Shown: positions 12,301-27,300 of the stretch, piece by piece
Numbering within the stretch: the first letter of the stretch is position 1
Layout of the letters: each line of letters begins with the position of its first letter
DNA from: Paragordius varius
Lineage: Eukaryota > Animalia > Nematomorpha
Assembly: GCA_964247055.1 (NCBI GenBank)
Contig: OZ176053.1
Location: 5,890,001-5,954,000 of the forward strand
Reading direction: 5' to 3'
Length of the DNA: 64,000 bases
Notes under the pieces: generated by a model
The model's input: the letters and a program-made list of their open reading frames with translations, nothing else
Told to the model about the DNA's origin: nothing
The model's database searches: none
Translations under genes and position numbers: made by a program

Positions 12301-15300
12301 CGCTATCTTTGGCCAAGGAATTAGCATTAAGCTCCCGAAATCTACTGGTAAGGCTAGTTAAGCTTTGTTCAAACGCAGCAACCACAGATGCCTAGATATA
12401 TTAATTATTTCGATTTATAATCTATCCAAGATTAAGCCCAAGTTTTATGGTCCTGTAGTAAAATTTTTATCTTTAATAAAATACCAAAAATTTATTTTAT
12501 TAATGCGATATTTATTTGACACATGCATGATTTGGTCAATGACCATGTAATGTTTTATTATTTTAGATCTGTAAATTTAATTTTATCGTATATTGAGGGC
12601 TCTTTTAGCCCTAAATTAATGACCCGTTAGCATAACCTACTCTGTGTTTCATATTAAAACATTGAAGAAATGATAAGTTGAATAAAAATTATCCAAAGCC
12701 GAAAGTGAGTGCCGCTTGTTTTTTTTATGTAACCATTTTAGCAATATTCATTACATGGAAAATTAATCAACCAAAATTTTTAGCCATGACGAAATAATGA
12801 ATGTTTTAAATGGTCAATAGCTTTTTTTGGATTAGAATAAGAGTATGGAATCTAAATATTAACCAAAAAGCATCATAACAGTATTTGGATATAATACAAA
12901 ATTTTTGTAAAAAATTAATTTATACATTTGTAGATAACTGATTGGTGAGAGAGTTGACTTTTTCCTGAGCAGATTCAAGCTCTCGTTTAAGCTTTAATAT
13001 TTCATACGTATACTTTTCATCAGGCTAAATATCATATAAAATTATTTTTATTATAAACAATTTAATTTATTCAAAATAGTAAAATAAATAATATTTTTAC
13101 TAATAATAATTAATTAAGATTAATGTCTGTTGAAGTTCAAATATAATTTATTAATAATATAACTTACAGTATTTAATGAGGAATATGGTGATGAAATGTT
13201 AGAGATGTGTGATGCAACTGAGGAACTATAATCTTGATCTAATTAAAACAATAATTTGAGTATAATTATAAAATATATCAAACATCAAAATTTTATTTTA
13301 TCAATGGCATTAAGATATGTGTACCAGTTTCAGATGCGATGTCTCTTTTATGTGGATATGATGGCATATTTAACGGTGATTGTCGCATAAAATTTGTGCT
13401 TTCTAAATTTGAGAAAATGATGATTGAAGAACCAATATTTTTAACTTGTATATCAAATCACAAATATAGTAGAATTATATTAATTTTTTCTAATATATTC
13501 ATAAAATACAACACAACGGTTGAAAGTTTTTAATAAACGTTCACTACACTAATATTGAATGGATTAAATATCTATATCATTAAAATGTGCGGCTCCATTA
13601 TCTGGTTCAAGTTACATTTGTCAAAGAGTTTTTTAAGCTATTTCATCATAGTGTAAATTATACTCTGATAAATGCCGAAAAAGGTAACTTTGAGATCAAT
13701 TTAGAACTTTTTAAACATCTAATAATTTTGAACTTAAAATTTATTTTCTAGGTTAAATCTTAAATATGGTGTGTTTAAAATTTATGTCCAAATTACAAAT
13801 GCACTCTATGCGTTTATAATTGTTTTCTATTATGTTTGGGCATAATTGTTTTGGCCTTGATTGAGACCAGATGATTTTAACGGATTATGCAATTTTTATC
13901 ACGAAAAATCGGGTGTGTTTTTTTATAAATAAGATGTTGTTTTAACTTATGACTCCTATGCCCAAAACTAAAAACATCAATTTAAATAGTATTGCTATTT
14001 TGCTTATCGTTTATAACAAAGTCAACCTATTTTTCAAAAAAATGAAACCTTTTAAGGAAGATAGGGTTGGCATACCCATTCCATATACCCCAATCGGACT
14101 GATTCCAGAACGCATAGATTTCGGTTCCCTTTGGAGTGTTTGATTATTAAGAGTAGCGTTACCATTTAGTTTTGGGGCATTTTCCATCATTATAGATAGA
14201 TTATGAAAATGATTTTTTTTATTTGTGTTAGAAGCTTTTGGGAAAGATTCGTGGTGATTATGAAAAATTAATCGTTTTTTGTCTAATGTACATTTATCTT
14301 GAGTCATGTTTGTCTGAGGCTAATTTTATGAAATACGAAATATTTATCAATCTTATATATTTTAATTTAAAAATATGTAAAGATATTGAATGCTACCTGT
14401 AACATTTCGTTTTGTACTTTGGGAACATGGCTGGATAATAGGGGCATGGCCTTGATTACTGTGCTATCGTTTTTATTAGTATCGTCACTATTTATTTGAT
14501 CAGAACACCCAAGTTTCCTGTCATAAACCTTTATTTGTTCGTTGAGTTGATTGATGAAATTATCAGCCGTAACTATTATATTAACATTTTTTTATGAAAA
14601 TTTATAAAAGGACTTACAAACCTATGTTATTGATATATACAACACAACTACTCTCTATTATAACATGTGAAAAAAATTTATAAGTAGTCAAATATAAAAT
14701 GTATTGTCAGTTTACACACCAGCTGCAAATCAGGCAACCAAAAATTATATTAGCATTTTGATTTTTGTGGCTTATATAATGTCCAAAAATACTAATATTG
14801 CGCGCATAAGTCATACTAGGTTCATAAATTCAAACCCAATTTTACCTATAAATTGTATTGGAAGCAATTAAAAAAAATTTATTTATGAAGACAAAACAAA
14901 AAAGTAGAAAGCAAATATTAAAAAAACCATGACCCTTATATTTTAATCCAACCTATCACCTTAAGTTGCAAAAAAGGAATAAAAATGCAAATTGGTAAAA
15001 CACTTAACTTTAAGGACAAAAAATATGATTTATGATTGTCTTTCTAAGGATAATCTGCGTTTTATTTAATGTTTTCTGTTTATTTTCAGTTTAAAGTGGT
15101 ATTGTCTTATATTTGATATCAACACAATTTGATATCTTAAGACTATTTCATTATCAGCTAAAGATAGGAAATTGAAACATGAACAGCATAAAATAGAATA
15201 TATCAAACTACATTTTATAAAGGCCAAAAAACAATTTAAGTGTTTAAAAATCTGATTTTCTTATAAAGTTTTTTGCATTATTTGTTTGCTCGTTTAATCG

Positions 15301-18300
15301 CAAAAAACACTATTAAGCGGTTAAATCATATTTAATAAAAATGACACATTTTAAAAATTATGATACTTTTATTGTTTGACAATGTTGTGCAATGATCTTG
15401 TTTAAAGTTTGGCCGATGGGTGCGATTAGTTATGTCCAAAGGTTGCAGATTATTTGGCATGTTATCAAAAGCAGTTGTTGATGGTTCGGCCTCTTCATAC
15501 ACATCGTCACAATTATTTAAAGTGTCATCTAAAACTGTCTTATCCTCGGATGACTTGTGTGAAGATCCCTGAGTAGTATCAAATATTTTGGGAACGCTAG
15601 GCATATTGAGTTTCAAATTCAAATCGAGAAAAGGGTCATCCACCAAAATATCATCTAAACTGCCTCCAACACCCATCATCACTTTCTTATCACAATTATT
15701 TTTTTGAATTGGAAAATCTCTACTGTTTATTTCCCTTTTATGTAGGGTAAATGGACTGGCACTATAAATACCAGTAATGTTATTGTTGGGATTGACCATG
15801 CTGGTATTTGTGCTGTAATTCAGGGTTAATCGATTCCTACCAGGCATTTTAAGACTACTGGGATATTGATTAGGAGAAATTCCATGCTCTAGAGGGCTTG
15901 TCAAATGACTTGATAAAGTGTCTCCTCCTCCGCCATACCCAAACGAAAAAGGTTTATAATTGGGGGGAGTTGATTTGAAAGAAATGACAGAGGGTGCAAC
16001 ATTACAAGAACCGTTTCTATAGCCCGGCCCTGTGCCATTTTGGTATTTACTGCGTTGAATCATTAAAGTATTAGAGGCCCATGGATAATAGGGCATTCCA
16101 GTAGTTGCAGCCCGATTCCTTGATAATGTATGGGAGAAATCGTCGGTTATTGGATTTTCATTACAGCTCTGTTGTTCATATGTGTTATTGGTATAGTTAG
16201 GAGGCCGATTACCAGATTGATTTGGAGATGATATACATTTCTACCAAGATGCAAAAAATTATTTTACTTTACACCTTTATTGATTTATAATTTGGATAAA
16301 ATTTACATATTTCTAAATGATAATCTATTAGGGGTAAGCAACCATTAAAATTAGTATTATGTTAGGGCCTAAATTATTAAAGGTGAAAATCAATGGAAAT
16401 TTTGTTAGTATTTTAAAGACTATAAAGTACATATAAAATTTGTGATTATTACAATCAAAATTACTGATTTACAGGTAATTGATTTAAAATTAAAATTGGT
16501 TATATTATTCCATTATTTAAAAGGAATAAATATAATTATAACAGTATTAGCATCCATAAAACATTAATACCAATACAGAAGAAAGTTAAGTAAAAAAATG
16601 TAAATTTATATTTGATGCAAATTAAATTTGAAATATAAACTGTTAAATATTTGGGTAAATTGACCGCTTATCTTAGATTTTACACGTTTCCCGAATAAAA
16701 TATGTTTTGTCAAAAAATTATCCATATTTATCATTTAAGCATCGAACCTCTGAAATCTATAAAAAAAGATTTTATTCTACCTTATCGTATGGGGACAAAG
16801 TATTGTAATGCCCATTTGCTGTATTTGTATTTTGGCTCGTTTTATTATATGGATTGACCAATTGAGTTACACGTTTTTTATTTAAAGAATCGCAACAATT
16901 CCTTCCATCATCATCCATTTTGTAATTAAAATCAATCATTTTATCATTTCGTATGTTTGATTGCGATTTGTATTGAATAGGTTGTTGAGAATGGCCATTG
17001 AGTTGAATAAGATTACTATTGTTTTCTTGCATAGATATTTTGGCATTATCTGACCCCAAATAATTTTGTGGGCGCTGGTCCACCCTAATATATGGAAAAG
17101 TATTTTGATAACGGGTAAGATTATTCGTATTATTATTATAAAAAGAATATAAGAGGTCATAAAAATTCATATTTTAGAAAAAAAACTCCAAATAAAGGTA
17201 ATCTTATATCTTTCAACAATTTATTCAAATTATACTACTATTTATATATCCATTATCCCATAATATTTTTGATATGTGTTTACATATGTACATGTGGCCA
17301 TGAATCAGTATGCAAATAAAAAAGAGATATTTTTTATATAATATTATAAATAGCATTGAAACTATTAGAAATGGGCGAAAAATTTGTATAATTTAATCTC
17401 TAACCCTTAACAAATAATTAATTTATATCCAACGATAAAAAAAAACCTTATCAATTCCACCTCGAATGTTTTAAACCAATGATAAAAATTATATTTTCCC
17501 TCGATTCTTGACATATGTGGTGGCAATAAATTGTTTTGTGACAAAGTTTGATCGTAAATTGTGCCGTTTAAATCTTTGGGCGACTTAAATTTTTTGAACC
17601 CGCTTGGAGTTATCGGAGTTATTTGTGAATAATTTCCAGACATATTATTTAGTTCAAGGCTGTTATTAGTTGAGTGATACTTTAAATCACCATTTTTGTT
17701 TTTGATAATTTGCTGGTTTAGTAACATTTCATTAGACCCATCCAAAGAAGTAGTAGTAGTCTCTATATATAATGGATTGTTTGTCGTAAGAACTGATTGT
17801 ATTTGTACACATGTAGTTCGTCGTCGTTTGTTATGGCTCATGTTCTTTAATAATCTGAAACGTAATGAATCAGATAACTTTTGTCGATTATTATTCCAAC
17901 TATAAAATTTTGTTGCAATTTGATCATCTCTGCTCATTCTTCTGGATGTTCCAAAAAGTGGGGGAGAATCCCTGGTAGTTCTATCAGATATATCGGGTTC
18001 CTCTTCCAATTCAGGCCCATATTCATCCACGTAGGTAAAAGAAAAAAGGTATTTTATAAACCATAGTATATCCATGATGGTATCTTTAGAATCAGCCTCA
18101 AATAGGGTATAAAGTGTAACCCAAAATACTCTAAAACAATTTAGCAATAAGATGGTACATTTGATTAAAATGACATTCGATATAGTTTCATTTTTAAGTT
18201 CGTTTGAATTGGGTAGAGTAGATCGTGTAGGTGACCGATAACACGACGAATTTGAATTGATATCATATTGATTTCTATTATTGGGATTGGGTTGATTATG

Positions 18301-21300
18301 CATATTGCGTTTTTTATCTTGGTGATAACAGTTATTTTTCTTATTACAATTATTTTCCATTTGGCTAAACGACGTAAGTTTTATCGTAAAATTTGATATA
18401 TTATATATTGGTCGAAGCAAAGGATAGGTGTAGTAATAATAATAAGATATTACAAAATTTTAATATCTAACTAACTGATTTAAAAAATATTGAAGTGAAA
18501 TTATAATAAAGAACCGTAAATCTAAGCAAATACCTCTTTTGTAACGCATGAATTAATAAGCATAAAAAATTATAAGAAGAAGAAGGCTTATAGATAAGTT
18601 CACAATTTCACTTGTGACAAAATTGCGTAATAAATAATTCCAAGCAATATATTATTTCATGATAAATAATTAAGCAATAATTATGACAAGTCGAACGTAT
18701 AAATTATAATATTTTGCTGAATAAATAATAATTTTATATGGAAGTTAGGTGAGAACAGCCTGATAATAATTTTTTGATTAATTATAAATTTTTTCGCGGT
18801 TATAACGTATTTTTTTCAGAGCCGTTAAGTATAAATATTTTAAGGCACAAATTTTTTATTGTTTCTTCTATGGAGAATGCGATTATTTGAAGGTGAATAC
18901 TCGACAATGCGTGAGCAAGTATGAGATTTAAAATCCTAAAATACCTAATTTTTTATTATCACAGGTAGTTCACTTTATAATATTTAGAATTCTTAGCCAT
19001 AAAAACTACTAAAAAAACTGCCCATTTTTCAAGATACAATCATTTATAAGCCGTTTATTTTCATGCAAATAATTTCCAACTTTTTGAACTACTCTTTTTT
19101 CATTGCAAATAAAAAAATATTCTTCGATATTTTGATATGGATGATTACCTTTGTTCCCAAAATTTGGATCCGTAATTGGCTAACAAATCTTGTTTTTGTC
19201 TCAGCATTAACATCATACGCCTCTGTTTTTGACTAAGTTTAAGGCCTTCGCCATCGGATGCATAACCTTTGATTATTTAAATTTAAAAGTATAAAATCAC
19301 AAATCTTGTAAAAAATTCCATATTTTTGAGTTAAGAGTATATAGAATTAAATACCTATGCTTGGAGATTTGTATATCATTTGTGGCGATAAAATAGAATT
19401 GTTATTGTGTGCAAAATGTTTTTCATTATCATATTCGTGTGATGGTTCCTAAAAAATTGGAAATAACATAATAATTATATTATATTTAAGTTTATTTTGG
19501 GTATGGGTTAGTTACCCCAATCTTAAATTTTATTAAGCCCAAAACGGTTAATTTAGGTTTACTAGCATGTTTTAATTAGGACTTAAATTAAAGTTATTGA
19601 AACCTGAAGCGGTAAAACGGCACGCCCATAAAATCAGTTATTTCTCAAGAAACGCAAGACTGAAATCAAAACTAGGCAATCATACCACATATTATTATTT
19701 TTTTAATTTAAATACGAGAAAAGCTGAATACAAATTGAGAGATTTAGACACGGTTGGTATATATATTACCTCACAAATTGATTAAAAAATTGTTTCCATT
19801 TTAATTTATTTTTTAAATGTTTGATATAAAAAATATCTATAGCAGCATTAAATGATATGGAAATAGAATTATAATTGATTGGAGGTCGGTCTAACCGGTT
19901 AAATTCATTAGAGTGCTGAAACAACCGTTCATAAAAATAATGAAATAAACATACTATATAATATAATCAAACGATCTATAAAATATACAATGTTGCATTT
20001 AAAGCAAATTTTCGGTAAACCTATAGTAGGCTCATTCAAATAATGTGTATTTATTAATCGTTTATAATGCCTATCCTACTTGATTTTTTAAAATTAGCTT
20101 CTGTGTTCAACCTCATTTTTCTTCAAAAAATATCAGTCCATTAAAAATGCGTGTTTGGAGCATTTTTCCGCAAAACGTGTAGGCTTTTTCAAATAGTACA
20201 ATGGATCATTAAATGCGTTATATAGCCTTTATTTTAAAATTATCATATGGGTACAGCTCCAAACTTATGAAATTAATTAGGGTAAATCAAACATATAAAT
20301 ATATTTGATATTGAATAACTTAAATAAAGAACAATTTTCGGATAAGTATTTAACTAATTTTACCGACGAAAAATATGTAGAGGATGGTTACGGATATTCA
20401 GATGACTGAAATTATGTTTATTAATAATTTTTATCACCCCGATTTATTACCGTTCAACAAAATGCACTTCCTGGTAAACTAATAAAACTTCCATTAAATC
20501 TTATTTTTAATCACTATATATATCCAATGATAACTAATACATGTCCAAGATGTTTTGGCCAAAATAATAAATGACTTATTTTTTCATATGTCAAAAATTA
20601 AGGAAAATTAGATAAACAAATGAATTATGGGATTTTTAACGGTGGTAGGCTGAAATATATATACTATTTACAGTTCGATTCACCCTTAAATAATTCAAAT
20701 TCACCCTAAAGTTAATTATGTTTTTTAAGAATAAAAAAATACCTAATTATTTTATATATTTAAAAAATGGAATTTTGTTTGTAATTAAAATAATACTGAA
20801 AAAATTACAAACTAAGGCATAAAGATATATTTTGTATTAATAATGGGCTATATTAGCCCCGAAAACACATGATTTATTTTTAGGTGAATTTGAATTGTAA
20901 ATGATATATAATGTTTAAATCGGTTTCACAATAATTAACTTCGGCTTTAATAAGCCTTAAACAGCAGAATAATATTGGCTATACAATCGTTTTGGTTCAA
21001 AGGATTTCGGTTCAAATTCTGTTTATACCCATTGTTTGGAATTTGAAAAAAACTCAATTTTAGCACAAAGAATATTAAAATTTAAAACATTAGATACTTT
21101 TGCGGTTAAAACGTTCCTATTTTGGACCATTTGCTGTTGATATAAATGTTTCTTAATATGTAAGCGTTGTATGGTCGTACCATCATTGTTTGTATAGCTA
21201 GATAATTTTTTTTGGTTACTATTGGGGTTCATATTATTATATGGTGGTGATGAGTAATTTTGATGATTTTCATTTTTGATTGGAGAAACCAAGGCTATAG

Positions 21301-24300
21301 AGGGGCCAACGTATTGATTTTGTAGATTAATTTTATGATTATTAGCTAAATTTTGAAAACTCATCGCCGCATTATTATTACTAATAAGATTTGAATTAGT
21401 ATGGATGTTAGTATTGGATTTACTATGGAAATTTAACAGATGAGAGGATGGAATCATGGTTAATTTAACAGGAGTAGGAGAATAGGCACCTAATATAGCA
21501 AAATATATTAAAAAAAAATTAAACACTTACAAAATCAATCAATAGATAAAGTAAAAAAATACTTGTATTGTGAGTTTGGCAATCATTTAATGTTGGGGAT
21601 GTGGTCAGTTTCAAAATATTTTGTCCTTTTATATCGTTATCACCAATTTCTTCTGTAACGCCCTTAGTTATTTGATTCAAATTAAAGGCAGATTTGGTTT
21701 TCACAGCAATGGAATTTATCGAATTTGGTGGTATATCCTTGCATAAATTCTCCGATGACACAACAAGGATATTGTTTGAACGTGGTTGCTTTAAAAAAGG
21801 AAAAGGAAAAGATAAGGCATTTAGGCAGATAAATAAATTTTTAAAGTTTTTGCCAGTATTTAAGTCTCTGTTGTATGCGATAAAAAAATGTTTCACTTTC
21901 AATCATGTTTTTTTGCATAAAGAAAGATAAGATTTAATTTATATCTATATCTGCACATATAATCAGTTATTCAGTTGTTTATATGTCATTTCCTAAATCT
22001 TATAAACAAACAAAGAATGAGCAGGCATTATATTACTGTAAGGTTATAATATTCTATTTTGTTAACACACTCAATTCATGTTGCATCAGTTATTTTGTAT
22101 TTGAATATTATATATATATTTCGTGTTAAAGCTTATCTGTTGTTGAGAATAACCATTGTGTAACGTCTACGCAAATAAGGCATGCACACATAAAAAGAAC
22201 TTGTGATATAATAGCAACTCACTTTTTTATTTTGGTTTTTCTTTTTATCTCTCAACTCTATTTTATTATACCATACTGCTATACGTGAATAAATCAACCT
22301 TACATTTGGTGCCGTATTCTTTCAATGAGCCAAGCGTTGGACATTTCAAAACTGATTTTGGAGCCTTTTAAGGAACCGATGAATTTTACGCAATATATAC
22401 GTCACATCAGGAGAGTCTTAAATTCCAAAAATATCGAATCCAATGACACCACAATGAAACGCACTTTTCTCGCTTTCGGCGGTATTCAAGTAATAATGAA
22501 AATTGAAACGTTAGCATTTCCAAAACTCATAGATGACATGGAATGGGAGGAAATTGCAACCTTGGCCACTCAGATATATTCACCAATCAGCAGCCTATGG
22601 TTAAATCGAGTTGAATTCTACCGATTAAAAAAAATGCCAGATGAATCAGTCATGGATTTCCTGGAACGTCTGAAAGCAAAGTGTGAAGCCGGGAAATTTG
22701 AAGGGGATATTCAGTCAAAATTACGCGATTTATTCCTGGTAGGTCTTGAAAATCCCAGAGTAGAACGCGAAATTCAATCCAAATATCCAGATGGCAAAAA
22801 GGACGGGGGTCCGGTAACCCTTCAAGCGATTGTAGACATCGCTTATTCCTATGAATTAGAAGATAAAAAGGTTCACAACATCAGAGATAATAATGATATG
22901 AACAATAATAATACCAGTGAACTTCCTTCAAGTATCCAACCAGTTGTTAATGATAATAATACAATCAATCAAATAACCCGAAAGCTATGTAGTAATTGTG
23001 GGTATCGACATGGTTCCGCCACCTGTCCGGCAAAAGGAAAACGGTGTTTCAATTGCGACAAATGGAATCATTTCAGCACAGTATGCAAGGCAACGTTCCG
23101 ACGGCCGTCAATCCGCACCATGACTAGCCCGAACAACACCCCCCGGATTCAGGTATTAATAAATAATATACCAACAACGTTTATCTACGATACGGGCGCC
23201 GAGGTATCCGTTATTGGCAAGCGCACTTGGGTAAATATTGGTCGACCTCGTTTGCTCCCAGCTCCAAATTTGCGAACCTACAATGATGGCCCGATAGAAG
23301 TACTCGGAAAATCGATGATTTCAGTGGTTTTGAACGAAGAGGAGAAGTGCCTGCCCTGCGTAGTGACGCAAACTAACCCGCCAGCCGTGTTCGGGATGAA
23401 TTGGATGCGGGCGTTCCGGTTAGAATTCCCAAAAAATGTTTTTTCAGTTTTACATACGCAAGCACCTAATAATAAAATGTTATTTGATTATTTTGACAAA
23501 TTGTTTTCAGACGAGTTAGGTACTTTCAAGGGGCCCCCAATAAAATTATTTATCGACCCCGGGGCCAAACCTAAAGTTTTTCCTTGTCGTAGGGTACCTT
23601 TAACTCTAAAACCTTTAGTAGAAAATGAAATTGATAGATTAGTTAAACTCAAAATACTCCGACCTATCGATCCGACCCAAACCCCAATAACATGGGCCTC
23701 TCCCACAGTAAATATAGTTAAAGGAAATGGAGAAATTAGGATTTGTGCCGATTTCCGAATTAGTATCAACCGTTATTTAGCAAAAGATTCTCATCTGATA
23801 CCTACTTTTGACGAGTTGGCCACCAAAGTGGCAAATGGGATAATTTTTTCCACTTTAGACCTGAAAGATGCTTACTTACAATTTCCGATAGACCGGGCGT
23901 CACAGACGCTAGTGACCATCACAACTCACAAAGGGTTTTATGCTTACCAGCGACTTCCATTCGGATTAACTTCAGCACCTATGATCTTTCAAAGATGCAT
24001 GGACAATCTTTTAAAGGACATACCTGGTATTTGTGTGTACCTGGATGATGTCTTAATTTCCGGAGCTACCAGGGAGGAACATGATCAAAGATTAAGGGAA
24101 GTATTTAGAAGGTTACAAGAGGCGGGATTACGATTGCGCCGAGACAAATTGCAAATTGGTATCTCACGAGTCAAATACATGGGGTACGTGATTTCTGACC
24201 AAGGTATTGAGCCGTCCAATGAAAAATTAGAGGCCATTAAAAATTGTCCGACACCTACAAACAAAACTGAGCTACGTTCGTTCTTAGGCTTAATAAATTT

Positions 24301-27300
24301 TCATGAGCGGTTTATACCAAACTGTCACCCACACCTAGCAACCTTACACAAGTTAAGTGGAAAGAATACACCTTGGCGGTGGACCCCGGCAGATGATAGT
24401 GAATTCGCGAAAGCAAAAAGCTTGCTAACCAGGCCCCCCGCTTTAATGCCATTTAACGACCGTTTTCCATTGTTGATCGAAACAGATGCTTCCAACAAGG
24501 GGTTTGGGGCAATACTGTTTCATAAGACCCCACAGGGGAAACGCCCAATTTTTTACGCGTCACGAACTTGTTCAATAGCAGAAAAGGGTTATTCCACGAT
24601 CGAAAAAGAGGCCAAGGCCATAGTGTTTGCCCTAGAAAAATTTAAATACTTTATATATGGAAGACCTTTCGAGATATATACAGATCATAAACCGCTGGTG
24701 TCACTATTTGGGCGGAAGAGAGATATCAACAACATTAATAATAGCAAACTGCTCAGGTGGATATCGAAGACCATCGGGTACGAGTATGAAATATTTTACA
24801 AGAAAGGGGAAGAAAACTTAGCCGACGCGTTGTCGAGACTTCCCATAGAGCATAGCCAACCAGATGATGAAGATGACGCGGCGACCAAGCAGGTACGATT
24901 TTTGGCTCTGAAAACGCTGGATGTAAATAAGAAAGTGGTCGAAGAGGCAACGATCACTGACCAACGGTTATCAAAAGTTAAAAATGCTCTCAGGACAAAC
25001 AGTTGGATCGACGAAGATCTGAAACCTTTTTTAAAACATAAAAATGACTTGGAGTGTTGTTATAATCTGTTATACCTGAATGATCGCTTAGTGATACCAC
25101 AAGCGATGCAGGAAACGATATTGAAACTTCTGCATACGGGACACAGCGGGCTAAAAACAATGAAAGCCCAAGCCCGGTGTTCGGTATTTTGGCCCGAATT
25201 AGACACCGATCTAGAGAATTATGTGGAAAGGTGCGAGGCTTGCCAAACCTATCGACCTAACGCACCTGAAAATCTTCCCTATCGATGGAATTTTAACACT
25301 TTGACATGGGAAAGGTTACATATAGATGTTGCTGGACCGGTGGACGGATATTATTGGTTAGTGACTATCGATAGCGCCTCACGGTGGGTAGAGATAGATC
25401 TTCTTAAATCAATAACGAGTCAAAGCGTTTTAAATTGCCTGGAGAAACACATCGCACGATTTGGTTTTCCCCGCCAAATTGTGACCGATAACGCCACGTA
25501 TTTTACTTCAAGAGAATTTACGACTCTCCTAAATCATATGAATATAAAGCACATCTGTGCAGCACCCTATCATCCCAAAACAAACGGTCTAGTAGAGAGA
25601 GTAATAAAGACATTAACAACGAAATACGCCGCTACTAAGACCCAACAAATGCATGCATATGAAGCTATCAACACGGTCCTTTATTCGTATCGAACTAGCA
25701 TGCATTCTTCGCTAAAAGAAACGCCTTCCGCCATATTCCTAAAACGGCGTGTACACAATCCTATCTCTTGGGTAAAAACAACCCCTGTCGAATTTATAGA
25801 GCACGAAAATGAACCGAGACGCGAATTCCAACAAGACGATCCTGTCTATATTAAAAATGAAATGGCCGTAGGCTGGCGGCCAGGTCACATTCTGGAGAGA
25901 AGGGGGTTACTCTCGTATGAAGTGCAAGATGAGGAAGGGATTCGAAAACGTAAACATGCAGATCAGTTACGACGTAGGTCAGGAGGGAATTCATACGAAA
26001 CTAATCCCTTAATAGAGCATAAATATCCCAGCGTCGAAAGTGTCCCGGGTCATGTCGAGGCCCACTCCGAACAAACCTTCCATCCCACCTCGGAATCTCA
26101 AATAGTCCATGCCCCAACGCCTGCTACCTCATGGCAAGACGTAGCCCCAGAATCGCTGACGCCTGTAGAGGCTACACCCGACGTGGTAAAGGAGGTTTCT
26201 GACCTACCCGAGCGTAGATATCCGCTAAGAAGACGGCAGCCTCCCGATCGTTTAAACTTATAGGTATAATGTACGAACACGACAGCCCCCGTGGTTAACT
26301 TAGGGGGAGAGTAATGTAAGGTTATAATATTCTATTTTGTTAACACACTCAATTCATGTTGCATCAGTTATTTTGTATTTGAATATTATATATATATTTC
26401 GTGTTAAAGCTTATCTGTTGTTGAGAATAACCATTGTGTAACGTCTACGCAAATAAGGCATGCACACATAAAAAGAACTTGTGATATAATAGCAACTCAC
26501 TTTTTTATTTTGGTTTTTCTTTTTATCTCTCAACTCTATTTTATTATACCATACTGCTATACGTGAATAAATCAACCTTACAATTACTTAAACAAGTAAG
26601 GATTAAATGCTAAATAATTAGCTGATATACCAAAATCCTAAAGAAAGCTTAAATGTAATAGTAATTGTAGAAAAAAATACTATAATATTTCCAATTATTT
26701 TACCAATTTGCTATTTGTGGTTTTTTTGGGTTTAGGTATGCCAGAATTATCAATATTTATATTGGGTGAAGGCGCATTATTATTTCTATTATTACTTTTT
26801 GTATTGGTTAATGCTGATTTCCCAATACTTTTTCGTAAGGATACGGAAGTTGTTGAACTCTCTAAGCTATTTAGAGATGTACACGATGTTATGGTAGATG
26901 GTGAATTCGATTTTAGGGTAGTACCCGACTTTTGATGTCCGACCCTTTTTGGTTTTAAGCCAATTGTGGTCGACTTCAAATTACTATTTCTAGGGCCACA
27001 AGTTTCGTTACCAGAAATACTTTTTGTTTTATCGCGAACCACAGTATTTGAAAGTTTCCTGGAAGAGGCGGTGGAAATATTTAGCGTATCTTTAGACGCT
27101 GTAATACAAGATTTTCTACTTAATGGTAAATTCTGATCCTCGTTGGAGGGGGATGGCCCAATGTTAATCTTATCTTGAATGTTATTTGAAAATTTATTAT
27201 TGGTATTGCAACTATTTAATCTGGGACGAGAATCAGTAAGGTTTTGAGATCTTATAACACCGTTTTTGTAGGATGTACTTGGTGCTTTTAATTGACTTTT

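Larger units (their letters stand above)
22037..26582 (+). mobile_element. Full-length Ty3/Gypsy (Mag-clade-like) LTR retrotransposon, 4546 bp, antisense within NAV intron 21789-26703
   Basis: Two 268-bp LTRs (TG...CA, 9-bp terminal inverted repeat TGTAAGGTT/AACCTTACA), 5-bp TSD ATTAC at 22032-22036 and 26583-26587, PBS, PPT and one intact gag-pol ORF. Confidence 0.97.

Noticed and set aside
23488-26280. Minus-strand ORFs within the retrotransposon (93, 65 and 60 aa)
   Set aside because: Shadows of the GC-richer gag-pol frame; no env-like or other domain signal.
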